DNA of 64,000 bases from Elusimicrobia bacterium GWA2_62_23. GTDB taxonomy: Bacteria > Elusimicrobiota > Elusimicrobia > Elusimicrobiales > UBA9959. Positions 34,885 to 44,213 of this stretch are shown here, piece by piece. The stretch's first letter is position 1; each line of letters starts with the position of its first letter. Both the position numbers and the translations under genes were made by a program. The notes below the pieces were generated by a model, which did no database searches, had not been told where the DNA came from, and saw nothing but the letters and a program-made list of their open reading frames with translations. The stretch lies in the NCBI GenBank assembly GCA_001799635.1, contig MGTV01000008.1:879-64878 (forward strand). The letters are read 5' to 3'.

Positions 34885-35973
34885 ATGACGCACCGTGAAA
34901 ACCATTCCTCCCTGCGCCTCGCCGCCTCCGCCGCGGCGGCCTTTATTTTTGTCTTTTCCGGCTCCGCCCTGGCCGACATCTCCTCCGGCGGCGAATACGC
35001 CATAGAGTCTTCCGTGCTGGACGCCGGCGGCGGCGAGAAACTTAACGGGGGGGAGTACAGCGCCAAGGGTTCCCTCGCCCAGGTGTCCCTGCCCGAGAAC
35101 GCGGGCCTGTCGGTGGGCGGGGAATACGTGAACCGCGAAGGCTTCTATAACCCGCCCCACATGACCTTCCAGAAAGGCCTGGCCGCGGTCATGAGCATGC
35201 CTTCCGGCGAAATGACCATAGCCCTGCCTCCCGGTGCGGTGGACAAGGAACGCTTCGACATCACCATGAACAGGGACCCGCTGGCCTCTCCCCTGGCCGT
35301 GGACCCGGACAAGATAAACGAGGCCAACAGCAAGATAATCTATAACGAGGGGCCCTGGTCCCAGCTTTCTCCCGGCTCGCTGACCGAGATGTCCATTTTC
35401 GACGAACAGACCTTCTACACCAAGCCCCTGGCCGAAAAGGGCGTTCTGACCATGCGCTATCCCGACGTCAACAACGACGGCATCCTGGACGGCTCCAATC
35501 CTCCGGTCAGGGTTGACACCCTCAACGCCTGGACGCTGGACCAGAACCGCAACATGTGGATGCGCCTGCCGGATTTCGGCGCCGACACCTCCGCGCGCAC
35601 CCTCAGCGTTTACTTCGGCCTGCCCGGGGTTTACGCCGTGATAGGCGCCATAGACGATTCTGTGCGCGACGTCTTCGCCTTCCCCGTGCCTTTCCGCCCC
35701 AACGGCCCCCAGGCGGGCACCGGCCAGGGCCAGACCGGCACCGAGGCCGCGGGCATAACCTTTAGCAACGTTCCCCAGAGCGGCCGCATAGAGATCTACA
35801 CGCTGGACGGCAGGCTGGTGAGAAAGCTCGCCATCCCGGACAACCTGATACTCCCGGAGGTGAAGTGGAACGTGAGGACCGCCGGCGGCGAGCGCGCGGC
35901 CAGCGGGGTCTATATCTGGCGGGTGGTTTCCGGCGGCAACGCCAAGACGGGCAAGCTGATGGTGATCTGGTAA
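34885..35973 (+). CDS. Secreted protein with a C-terminal FlgD-Ig/T9SS-CTD-like beta-sandwich
   Basis: Signal peptide ending ALADIS. C-terminus GRIEIYTLDGRLVRKL...ASGVYIWRVVSGGNAKTGKLMVIW resembles Por-type/FlgD-Ig C-terminal domains. Confidence 0.6.
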   Translation: MTHRENHSSLRLAASAAAAFIFVFSGSALADISSGGEYAIESSVLDAGGGEKLNGGEYSAKGSLAQVSLPENAGLSVGGEYVNREGFYNPPHMTFQKGLAAVMSMPSGEMTIALPPGAVDKERFDITMNRDPLASPLAVDPDKINEANSKIIYNEGPWSQLSPGSLTEMSIFDEQTFYTKPLAEKGVLTMRYPDVNNDGILDGSNPPVRVDTLNAWTLDQNRNMWMRLPDFGADTSARTLSVYFGLPGVYAVIGAIDDSVRDVFAFPVPFRPNGPQAGTGQGQTGTEAAGITFSNVPQSGRIEIYTLDGRLVRKLAIPDNLILPEVKWNVRTAGGERAASGVYIWRVVSGGNAKTGKLMVIW

Positions 35974-35991
35974 AATAACGGGTTCGCACTT

Positions 35992-38046
35992 ATGAACATA
36001 ATGCAGGGACTGCTTAAAGGGAGGGCCGCGGGCGCAACGCTCCGCGGTTTGGCCCTTTTTGCCGTCCTGCTGGGCTGGGCGGCCGCCGCCTCGGCCGAGG
36101 TGCCGGTCAAGTTCACCTACCAGGGCAACCTGCGCCAGAACGGCTTCCTGGTGAACGGCACGCGCACCATCTCTTTCCGCATCTACGATTCGTCCAATCC
36201 CGTGAGTTCCACGCTGCTCTGGACCAGCCCTGATTATTCCTTACAGGTCTCCACCGGCGTTTTCCGCGCCTCCCTGGAACCTTCCGTTTCCGCCGCCGCC
36301 TGGCAGAGCGGCAGCCTCTGGCTGGAAATGACGGTGCAGGGCGTGGTCATGCTCCCCCGCGAGCAGATAACGGCTTCGCCGTACGCCGTAAACAGCCTGA
36401 TGCTGTCCGGCAAACGCTATACCACGGCCGCGGCGGCGCCTACCGTTCCCTCCCCGGCTACAGGCGACCTCTGGATGGACACCGGCAGCGGCGCCCTGAT
36501 GTATTACAGCGGCGGCTGGCTGCCCACCTCCGGCACCGGGCTGCCCGCGGACCACGCCGCCACCCATGCTTACGGCGGCAGCGATCCCATAGTCAACCTC
36601 GGGGCCCATACCGTAGATGGATATATAAATATATCCTCAGCCGTTAACGCGGCCTGGGTCACCGGCAACGGCGTAGGGCTGCACAGCCTCAACGCCTCCA
36701 ACCTGGCCTCCGGCACGGTGCCCGATATCCGCCTTTCGCCCAACGTGGACCTGCTGGACGCGGACCAGACCGCCGGCGGCCGCAAGACCTTCAGCAGCAG
36801 CTTTACCGTTACCGCCGCGGCCGGCCTCAGCGTGCCCCGGATCAGGCTCGGGGACGACGGCGTGGCCCTGTTCCAGGCGCCCGCCGTGCAGTACGGCGGC
36901 GTCTACGTCTCTACCAATATCTATACCCCCGTGAACATTTACGCCGCCAAATATTACGGCGACGGTTCCGCCCTGCTCGGCGTGGTGGGGGGCGACAGCC
37001 TTGGCACCCACGTGGCCACCCAGACCCTGAACATGGCCGGCTTCCCGCTGACCGGCGCGGGGGCCGTGACCGGTTCCTCCTTTACCGCGAGCGGCGCGGG
37101 CTTCTCCGGCGCGCAGCTCAGGCTGGCGGACAACGTCCTTATCTCCTCAGAGGCCTCCGCGGCGCTGGGGGGCGGCATACGCTTTTCCACCCACGTCTAT
37201 TCCAATAGCGATATCAGGGCCGCGCGCTTCATAGGCGACATTTCCGGAGCCTGGGGCCTTAACGGCGCGGACAACCTGGGTACCCACGTGGCTACCAGGA
37301 CCCTGGATATGAACGGTTTCGGCGTTTCCGGCGCGGGCCATGTGGCGGCTTCCTCTTTCTCCGCTTCCGGCACCGGGTTCCACGGCTCCGGCTCCAACCT
37401 TACCGGCCTGAACGCGTCAGCCATCACCCAGGGCACCCTTTACGGCGACCGGATAGGCAATGTCATAGTCTCCACCCATATAGTGGATTCCTCTCTCCAG
37501 ACGGACGACCTGGCCGACGGCGCGGTAGTGGCCTCCAAGCTGGGCGCCTTCGGCTGCGCCACCGGCGACATAATCCAGTGGGGCGGCAGCGGCTGGGTCT
37601 GCGGCAGCGGCGCCGCCGCCGGCGTTGAGACCGACCCGCTTTCCGTCCACAACACCGAACTGCAGGAAGGCACCACTTTCTACGTTTCCTCCGGTACGGC
37701 CACCAATCTTAACGTGGAGAATACCTTTACCGCTTACGGCATCGCCCGCCTGAAGGGAGCTCCCTCGGCCGAAGGGCTAACCGTGGACGCTTCCGGTAAC
37801 GTGGCCATAGGCCTGGCCGCCGCCGCGGCGCGCCTGGAAGTGAAAGGCGCCGAGAGCCAGTCCTATTCGCTGGCGGTGGGCACCGGCACCGCCCACCACG
37901 TGGTGGTCAGCACCGCCGGCTACACCGGCCTCGGTACGGATTCCCCCAGGGCCAGGCTGGACGTCACCTCGCCCGGGGCTTCCGGGGAGTATATAGCCAT
38001 TTTCAACTCGGGCCCCAAAGTTGCGGCCTGGTTGCGCAATAAGTAG
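35992..38046 (+). CDS. Secreted tail-fibre-like repeat protein (684 aa)
   Basis: Signal peptide. N-terminal VPVKFTYQGNLRQNG...FRIYD...LWLEMTV...PYA domain, HAATHAYGGSDPI motif, two G(D)xLGTHVATxTLxMxGF motifs, C-terminal GLGTDSPRARLDV...AAWLRNK. Confidence 0.7.
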   Translation: MNIMQGLLKGRAAGATLRGLALFAVLLGWAAAASAEVPVKFTYQGNLRQNGFLVNGTRTISFRIYDSSNPVSSTLLWTSPDYSLQVSTGVFRASLEPSVSAAAWQSGSLWLEMTVQGVVMLPREQITASPYAVNSLMLSGKRYTTAAAAPTVPSPATGDLWMDTGSGALMYYSGGWLPTSGTGLPADHAATHAYGGSDPIVNLGAHTVDGYINISSAVNAAWVTGNGVGLHSLNASNLASGTVPDIRLSPNVDLLDADQTAGGRKTFSSSFTVTAAAGLSVPRIRLGDDGVALFQAPAVQYGGVYVSTNIYTPVNIYAAKYYGDGSALLGVVGGDSLGTHVATQTLNMAGFPLTGAGAVTGSSFTASGAGFSGAQLRLADNVLISSEASAALGGGIRFSTHVYSNSDIRAARFIGDISGAWGLNGADNLGTHVATRTLDMNGFGVSGAGHVAASSFSASGTGFHGSGSNLTGLNASAITQGTLYGDRIGNVIVSTHIVDSSLQTDDLADGAVVASKLGAFGCATGDIIQWGGSGWVCGSGAAAGVETDPLSVHNTELQEGTTFYVSSGTATNLNVENTFTAYGIARLKGAPSAEGLTVDASGNVAIGLAAAAARLEVKGAESQSYSLAVGTGTAHHVVVSTAGYTGLGTDSPRARLDVTSPGASGEYIAIFNSGPKVAAWLRNK

Positions 38047-38084
38047 CGCCGGTTTTAGTACAGGGAAAGTCACAAGGAGGCAGT

Positions 38085-39230
38085 ATGATGAGAAGCATAA
38101 CCAGGTTTATAGCGGCTCTCGCTATAATCCTCGCGGCGGGGGCCCCGGCCTTCGCCGACAATGATACGGAGTTCGGCATCGAGGACGACCTCACGGTGCT
38201 GGGCACGGCGGGCACGGCGGCGGACCCGGACCTTGAAGTGAAGGGCTTCACGGTCTTCGGTTCTACGCTGTCCACGCCGGGGCTGCAGATCCCGGCGGCG
38301 CCCGGGAACATATTCGCCAACGGATATGTTCAGGTCTCCAGCGGCCTTTACGTGGGAGGCAACTCCACGTTCACCGCCTACGGGTTCTTCCAGAGCACGG
38401 TGACCATGGTGGAAGGCAACCTGAAATACGGCAGCGGCGTGGCCGGCAAGGTGATGAAGAGCGGCGGAGACGGGTTCGTCTACTGGGCGGACGATGAAAC
38501 CGGCCTGGCGGCGCTCTCCGGTACGCCCTACTACCTCCGCATGGAGAACGCGGCGGGCAACAGCATTGTGGACTCGCGGCTGGTGCAGAACGCGGCCTCC
38601 ACGAACATCACCCTGATAGGCGGTTCTTCGCTGACCGTTACCGGGGCTATGGGGGTGGACGGCGCCCTTAACGTCGGCGGGATCCTTACTTCCGCGGGCT
38701 ACGGCGTCTTCCAGAGCACGGTGCAGTTCCTGAACAATACCGGGGACGTCACCAACCTCTACTTCAACAACGGCGCCGCCAACGCGGGCAAGGTACTGAA
38801 GGCCGCCTCCGACGGGTTCCTCTACTGGGGCCAGGACAACGACAGCGTCCTGGGCATGGGCACGGCCTACCGCCTGCAGATGGTGAACGCGGCCGGGGAC
38901 GCCCTGGAGAACTCCGCGTTCCTCCAGAACGCGTCCGGCAGCAACATTACCATGGTGGCCGGCAGCTCACTAACGGTCAACGAGCTACTGGTACAGGGCG
39001 ACGCGGAACTGCTCGCTAAAATAAGCGTGGCAGGGGCCGCCACGTTCGTCTCCAGCATGACCGTCCGCGGCAATACCCAGTTCGGCGACACCACCGCGGA
39101 CATCCACGCCCTTAACATGGCCCCCGAGACCGGGGTCGGCCTGTCGGTGAACAGCAGCGGCACCGGCGGCAATTACGCGGCCAAGTTCTATTCCGGCGGT
39201 TCCCTGGCCGCCTGGATAAAGAAGAAGTAA
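38085..39230 (+). CDS. Secreted fibre-like protein (381 aa) with an internal ~90-aa duplication
   Basis: AGGAGG Shine-Dalgarno and a signal peptide. The N-terminal domain is shared with the 1419-aa protein (DNDTEFGIEDDLTVLG..EVKGFTVFG). Repeats at 38376-38645 and 38700-38978. C-terminal ...AAWIKKK. Confidence 0.7.
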   Translation: MMRSITRFIAALAIILAAGAPAFADNDTEFGIEDDLTVLGTAGTAADPDLEVKGFTVFGSTLSTPGLQIPAAPGNIFANGYVQVSSGLYVGGNSTFTAYGFFQSTVTMVEGNLKYGSGVAGKVMKSGGDGFVYWADDETGLAALSGTPYYLRMENAAGNSIVDSRLVQNAASTNITLIGGSSLTVTGAMGVDGALNVGGILTSAGYGVFQSTVQFLNNTGDVTNLYFNNGAANAGKVLKAASDGFLYWGQDNDSVLGMGTAYRLQMVNAAGDALENSAFLQNASGSNITMVAGSSLTVNELLVQGDAELLAKISVAGAATFVSSMTVRGNTQFGDTTADIHALNMAPETGVGLSVNSSGTGGNYAAKFYSGGSLAAWIKKK

Positions 39231-39341
39231 GCGGTCATCATACTCCTCCTTGGTGCCCGCCGGGATTCCCGGCGGGGGTGGGTCGGGTTAAAGAAAACTT
39301 AAAAGACGGGTCAAATTGATTAAAGATATAATTTAAAACTT

Positions 39342-42300
39342 ATGTTTAGAGGCGGAAGATCGAAAAAAACCATATTTGCCGGCGCCGCGTGCGGCGTCTT
39401 CTTCCGCTTTTCCCTGGCAGCCCTCCTTTTTTCACTGTTTTTTGTCCCCGCGGCCCGGGCCCAGAACAATACCGAATTGGGCGCGGAGGACGACTTTACG
39501 GTTTTGGGCATTGACGGCGTGGCCGCGGATCCCGACGCGGAAATAAAGGGTTTTACGGTCTTCGGCGCCACGCAGACAGCCTACCCGGGAATAGCGGCCG
39601 GGCCCGGCAACGTGGCCGTGAACGGCTTCCTTTCGGTCTCTTCCGGCGCCTATTTCGCCAAAACCGCCACTTTTACGGCCCTGGGCAATATTTTCGTGAA
39701 CGACGGCACTTCCGGCTATTACGTGCGCAAAAACACCGGCGGCTGGCTGGAATGGGGTACCCCTGATTCCATAGGCGACAGCCTGGGGCTCCACGTGGCC
39801 TCGCAGACGCTGAACATGGCCGGGTTCAGCCTCGTCAACGCGAGTTCCATTAATTATCTCTCCAATGTTTACCTGACCAGCGCGCCTGCGGCCCAGTATG
39901 GCGGCCTGTACGTATCAACGCACGTATACACCCCTGGCAGCGTCTACGCCTTCAAGTATTACGGCGACGGCTCTGCGCTTGCCGGCCTGCCGCAGGGCGA
40001 CAGCCTGGGCACGCATGTAGCCACGCAGGCGCTGAACATGAACGGGTTCGGTGTGTTCAACGCGGGGGGGCTGACGTCGAACGGTCAGGCCACGGTGTAT
40101 TCGTCGGCGACTATTTTGGGGCTTACGGGCGTTAAGGACCTGTACGCGGCGGGTATTTCAAGCTTTACGTCGTCGGTTTACTTCACGGGTGTTAGCAGTT
40201 ACAGCAGCGTGGCGAACGTGCACTACGCGGGTGGCAACCCCGGGCAGGTGCTGACCAAGGTGGAAGGCGGCGGCATGCAGTGGAGCACGCCTTCGTCGCT
40301 GGTATCGGGCGACAGCCTGGGTTCGCACGTGGCCACCAAGACCCTGGACATGGCCGGGTTCGCTATAACCGGAGTTTCCACGGTTACGGTCAGTTCCATA
40401 ACCACCACCGCCGCCGGGCTGACGGTCAGCACCCACCTTTACGTTATGAACGGGGATCTGGGCGTGGGAACTTCCCAGCCGCGCGCCAGGGCTGATGTGA
40501 CCGGCAACGAGCTGCGCCTGGGCCCGGTGGGCTATCCTGCCTCTTATTCCGTGACCAATAGCGGCTACCTGGTAATAGACAAGAGCGGCACCGCCGGCGA
40601 CGCCTCCATAGTCTTTCGCGACCAGGGGAACGCCCGGGCGGAGATCGGCATAGTGACCGATAACGATATTCATTTCAAGACCGTGACCGGCTCCTACGGC
40701 TCAGAAACCTTCACCGACCGGCTGCTAATCCGCGGCACCGGCGAGGTGGACGCTTTCGGCCTGCTGCGCTCCTACGCTACCAGCGGCGTGGCCCGGGTCT
40801 TCGCCGGGAACAGCGACGGCGCCACCGCGGGGGCGGCGCTGGAACTGAGTTACGATTTCGGTTCTTCGCTCTCGCGCATAACCAGCATAGAACGCGGCAA
40901 CGTTTACCGTGACCTGCTGGTGGAGGGGAATAACCTGCGCTTCCAGACCGGCTCCGCCGCCCTGGCTGAAGCCATGCGTGTGACTACCGAAGGCACCGTG
41001 GGCATAGGCAATACGCTGCCCCTCGCCCGCCTGGACGTGGTCTCTACCGGCACGGCCAGTAATATCTACGCGCAGGTGTGGCGCAACGGCGGCGGAGTGG
41101 TGGTGGCTTCCATGACCTCGCAGGGCATACTGCACGCTACCCTGGCCCCAGGTGTGGGCGACAATATGGGCAACCACACCGCCACCAGGGACCTGGACCT
41201 GGCCCAGTTCGGTATCTCCAACGTTTCCACCATCAGCGCCACCGGTCTCTACATAAGCGGCTACGGTGTGATACAGACCACCGGTACCGGCCTTGGCGGC
41301 GTGGCCGTAAATCCCCGTGGCACGGGCGCCGTGGACCTGCAGACCTACCGCACCGCGACTTCCCAGGTGGCTTCGGGCGATTACTCTTTCATCGGCAGCG
41401 GCCGGGAGAACACTACCGACGCCGATTACGCCTTTATAGGCGCCGGCTACAACAACACGGTTTGGGCTTTTGGCGGCGTTATAGGCGGCGGCCGCAATAA
41501 TTCATCTGAGGGCATGTATTCCGCAGTAGGCGGCGGCTATGGCAATACCGCCGGACAGGGCGCCTGGGGCGACACCGTGGCCGGTGGCGAATCTAATACC
41601 GCCATGGGCGGCGCCAGCGCCATAGGCGGCGGTTACCTGAACATCATCAACAACTACAGCGAGAGCGTCATAGCCGGAGGTTCTTATAACGGCATTTCCG
41701 CCAGCTATGCCGCCATAGGCGGCGGTACCGGCAACAGCGTAACGGGTAATTATGGCGTAGTCCCTGGCGGTTCCTATAACACCGCCAAGGGTGCCTACAG
41801 CTTTGCCGCCGGCCGTGGTTCTTCCTCCACGGCCAGCGGCGCGTTCACCTGGTCTGACTCCAATGTCTGGGTGGAGACCGTGAATAATGTCCCTAACCGC
41901 ACATGGTTCAAGAATATAGGCGGGTTCCTGGTGAGCGGGTCCACCAATACGGCCATGACCGGCCTGCTGGATCGCGGCCTGCTGGTGACAGGCGCGGGGC
42001 GAGTGGGTATTTCCACGGGGACCCCCGGGGCCGCGCTGGACGTTGTGGCGGATGGTTCCGCGGCTACGGATTTCGCCCAGATATGGCGCAACGCCTCCGG
42101 AGTGGAAGTGGCCTCCATGAGCGCCACCGGCGTGCTGTACGCCACCTTGCCTCCAGGTACCGGGGACGACCTGGGCAACCACACGGCCACGGCGGACCTG
42201 AACATGGCCGTGCACAGCGTCGTGGGCGTGGCTTCCATGACCATGGTAGGCAAAGGCCTGCAGATAGGCACGGACCTTACCGCTTCTGCCAGCGGCGTCT

Positions 42301-43601
42301 TAATCTCTACCTCTGGGCAGATCATTACGCTGGGCCCGGGCAACGGCACGGCTGCGCCCGGCGCGCGTGGCCATGGCGCAGTAGATCTGCAGAATTACAG
42401 GACCGACGCCTCTTCGGTGGCGGCCGGTGCCTATTCCGTGGTTGGCGGCGGCCGCAACAACAGGGCCGCAGGTCCTGATTCCGTGGTGGCCGGCGGCCTC
42501 AATAATACGGCAGCGGCCGGAGACTATAACACAGTTTCCGGCGGTTCGGGCAACAGGGCTTCAGGGGCCTGGGCCGCCACTATAGCCGGCGGCGACACAA
42601 ACAGCGCGCTCGGCGCGGCCTCTACCGTTTCCGGCGGCCTTGAGAACGCTGTTGCGGACTACTATTCGGTGGTGGCCGGCGGCTACCGCAATACCGCCAC
42701 CCTGGAGGGCGCCTCGGTATCCGGCGGTACCAATAACTCGGCGGACGGCTATTATTCCGCCGTTCTCGGCGGCAGCTATAACTGGGCCATAGGCGATTAT
42801 TCCGTGGTGGCCGGCGTTTCCAACCTGGCCGTGCAGAACGAGTCCGCGGCCCTCGGCGGCTCGGATAATATAGCTGGCGGTTTCGCTTCGGTCGTCCTCG
42901 GCGGCGAGAATAACGTGGCAGGAGGCAACTACTCTTTCGCGGCGGGCCTCAAGTCCTCTTCCACGGCCGAAGGTTCCTTTACCTGGTCGGACGCCGAAGG
43001 GACCTATAATTACAACTCCGTGGCCAACCGCACCGTGTTCAAGAACCGCGGCGGCTTCCTGGTTACCGGGTCCACCAACCCTGCCATGACCGGCCTGCTG
43101 GACCGCGGTATGCTGGTGACCGGCGCGGGGCGCGTGGGTATTTCCACGGGGACCCCCGGGGCCGCGCTGGACGTTGTGGCGGACGGTTCCGCGGCTACGG
43201 ATTTCGCCCAGATCTGGCGCAACGCCTCGGGCGTGGAAGTGGCCTCCATGAGCGCCACCGGCGTGCTGTACGCCACCCTGCCGCCCGGTACCGGCGACGA
43301 CCTGGGCAACCACACGGCCACGCAGAACCTGAACCTCAACACTTTTAATATCGTCAACGCCTCCTCCGCCACTTTCAGCCAGGCCGTTACCGTCTATTCC
43401 AGCGTGACCGTGGCCGGCAGTGCGTTCAGCGTGGGCGGCTCCACCCTTACGGTGAACAGCGGTAAAGTGGGCGTGGGCCTGGATAACCCCACTTACAAGT
43501 TCGAAGTGAAGGATAACGCTACCACTTTCCAGGTGAACCCTCAGGGCGGTTACGTAAGCCTGCTGGTGGGGGGAGTGGAAGTGGCCAGGATGAAGCCGTA
43601 G
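39342..43601 (+). CDS. Large secreted fibre/adhesin-like protein (1419 aa): neck modules plus YadA-head-like GGxNNxAxGxxSxV repeats
   Basis: Signal peptide, six DxLGxHxATxxLxM motifs, three ALDVV...IWRN..GVxVASM neck modules, and two ~377-aa tandem super-repeats rich in GG-x-NN-x-A-x-G repeats. Confidence 0.75.
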   Translation: MFRGGRSKKTIFAGAACGVFFRFSLAALLFSLFFVPAARAQNNTELGAEDDFTVLGIDGVAADPDAEIKGFTVFGATQTAYPGIAAGPGNVAVNGFLSVSSGAYFAKTATFTALGNIFVNDGTSGYYVRKNTGGWLEWGTPDSIGDSLGLHVASQTLNMAGFSLVNASSINYLSNVYLTSAPAAQYGGLYVSTHVYTPGSVYAFKYYGDGSALAGLPQGDSLGTHVATQALNMNGFGVFNAGGLTSNGQATVYSSATILGLTGVKDLYAAGISSFTSSVYFTGVSSYSSVANVHYAGGNPGQVLTKVEGGGMQWSTPSSLVSGDSLGSHVATKTLDMAGFAITGVSTVTVSSITTTAAGLTVSTHLYVMNGDLGVGTSQPRARADVTGNELRLGPVGYPASYSVTNSGYLVIDKSGTAGDASIVFRDQGNARAEIGIVTDNDIHFKTVTGSYGSETFTDRLLIRGTGEVDAFGLLRSYATSGVARVFAGNSDGATAGAALELSYDFGSSLSRITSIERGNVYRDLLVEGNNLRFQTGSAALAEAMRVTTEGTVGIGNTLPLARLDVVSTGTASNIYAQVWRNGGGVVVASMTSQGILHATLAPGVGDNMGNHTATRDLDLAQFGISNVSTISATGLYISGYGVIQTTGTGLGGVAVNPRGTGAVDLQTYRTATSQVASGDYSFIGSGRENTTDADYAFIGAGYNNTVWAFGGVIGGGRNNSSEGMYSAVGGGYGNTAGQGAWGDTVAGGESNTAMGGASAIGGGYLNIINNYSESVIAGGSYNGISASYAAIGGGTGNSVTGNYGVVPGGSYNTAKGAYSFAAGRGSSSTASGAFTWSDSNVWVETVNNVPNRTWFKNIGGFLVSGSTNTAMTGLLDRGLLVTGAGRVGISTGTPGAALDVVADGSAATDFAQIWRNASGVEVASMSATGVLYATLPPGTGDDLGNHTATADLNMAVHSVVGVASMTMVGKGLQIGTDLTASASGVLISTSGQIITLGPGNGTAAPGARGHGAVDLQNYRTDASSVAAGAYSVVGGGRNNRAAGPDSVVAGGLNNTAAAGDYNTVSGGSGNRASGAWAATIAGGDTNSALGAASTVSGGLENAVADYYSVVAGGYRNTATLEGASVSGGTNNSADGYYSAVLGGSYNWAIGDYSVVAGVSNLAVQNESAALGGSDNIAGGFASVVLGGENNVAGGNYSFAAGLKSSSTAEGSFTWSDAEGTYNYNSVANRTVFKNRGGFLVTGSTNPAMTGLLDRGMLVTGAGRVGISTGTPGAALDVVADGSAATDFAQIWRNASGVEVASMSATGVLYATLPPGTGDDLGNHTATQNLNLNTFNIVNASSATFSQAVTVYSSVTVAGSAFSVGGSTLTVNSGKVGVGLDNPTYKFEVKDNATTFQVNPQGGYVSLLVGGVEVARMKP
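41940..42203 (+). repeat. Near-identical coding repeat, copy A (partner 43071-43334, offset 1131 bp = 377 codons)
   Basis: Base-by-base comparison by eye gives roughly 20 mismatches over ~264 bp, almost all at third codon positions. Confidence 0.85.
43071..43334 (+). repeat. Near-identical coding repeat, copy B
   Basis: See copy A. Confidence 0.85.
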
Positions 43602-43636
43602 TTCCGCAGACGTGCTTTAACGCGTGAGGATAATTT

Positions 43637-44182
43637 ATGAAGACCCTGTGTTCAGCTCTCTTTTTCGCGGCGATCTTTGCCGCCGTACCGGCTGCGGCCG
43701 CCGATACCGAGGATACCCTGCGGGCGCAACTCAAATCGGCCTCTACGCCTGAGGCCAGGCGCGCTATCATGGACCAGATAAAGCAGGCCCGCGCGGTTTC
43801 CCGTCCCGCCGCCGCGCCCGCGGCCCAGGCGGACCCCGCCGCCCGCCGGGCCAGGATGGAAGAATCTCTGAAGGACGATCCCGAGCGCCTGGCCGAATTC
43901 CGCCTGCAAGAGTCCCTGCGCGCCGCCAGGACCCCGGAAGACCGCGCGGCCATACGCAAGCAATTGGAAGAGAAACGCGCCGCCCGCGCCGCGAAGGCGG
44001 AGGCCGCGTTGACCCCGGAGCAGAAAGCCGTGCGCGCCCAAAGAGCGGCCCAGGCCGCCGCCATGCGCGCCGAAATGCAGCCGCTCAGGGAGCGCCTGCG
44101 CGCCGCCGCTACGGAAGCGGAGCGCGATTCCGCCAGAGAGGCCCTGCGCGCGGTGCAGGAAAAGTACCGTGCCAAGCCTTGA
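43637..44182 (+). CDS. Secreted Ala/Arg/Glu-rich helical protein, possibly Spy/CpxP-like (LTxxQ)
   Basis: GAGGA Shine-Dalgarno, signal peptide, highly helical low-complexity sequence, one LTPEQ motif. Confidence 0.45.
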   Translation: MKTLCSALFFAAIFAAVPAAAADTEDTLRAQLKSASTPEARRAIMDQIKQARAVSRPAAAPAAQADPAARRARMEESLKDDPERLAEFRLQESLRAARTPEDRAAIRKQLEEKRAARAAKAEAALTPEQKAVRAQRAAQAAAMRAEMQPLRERLRAAATEAERDSAREALRAVQEKYRAKP

Positions 44183-44213
44183 GGTGACTTAAAGTTTTAT
44201 TGGAGATAAACGG

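Noticed and set aside
41940-43334. Diversity-generating retroelement (template/variable repeat pair) as an explanation for the near-identical 264-bp repeats
   Set aside because: No reverse transcriptase gene is nearby. The mismatches are not adenine-specific and are mainly synonymous, which fits duplication plus purifying selection or gene conversion.
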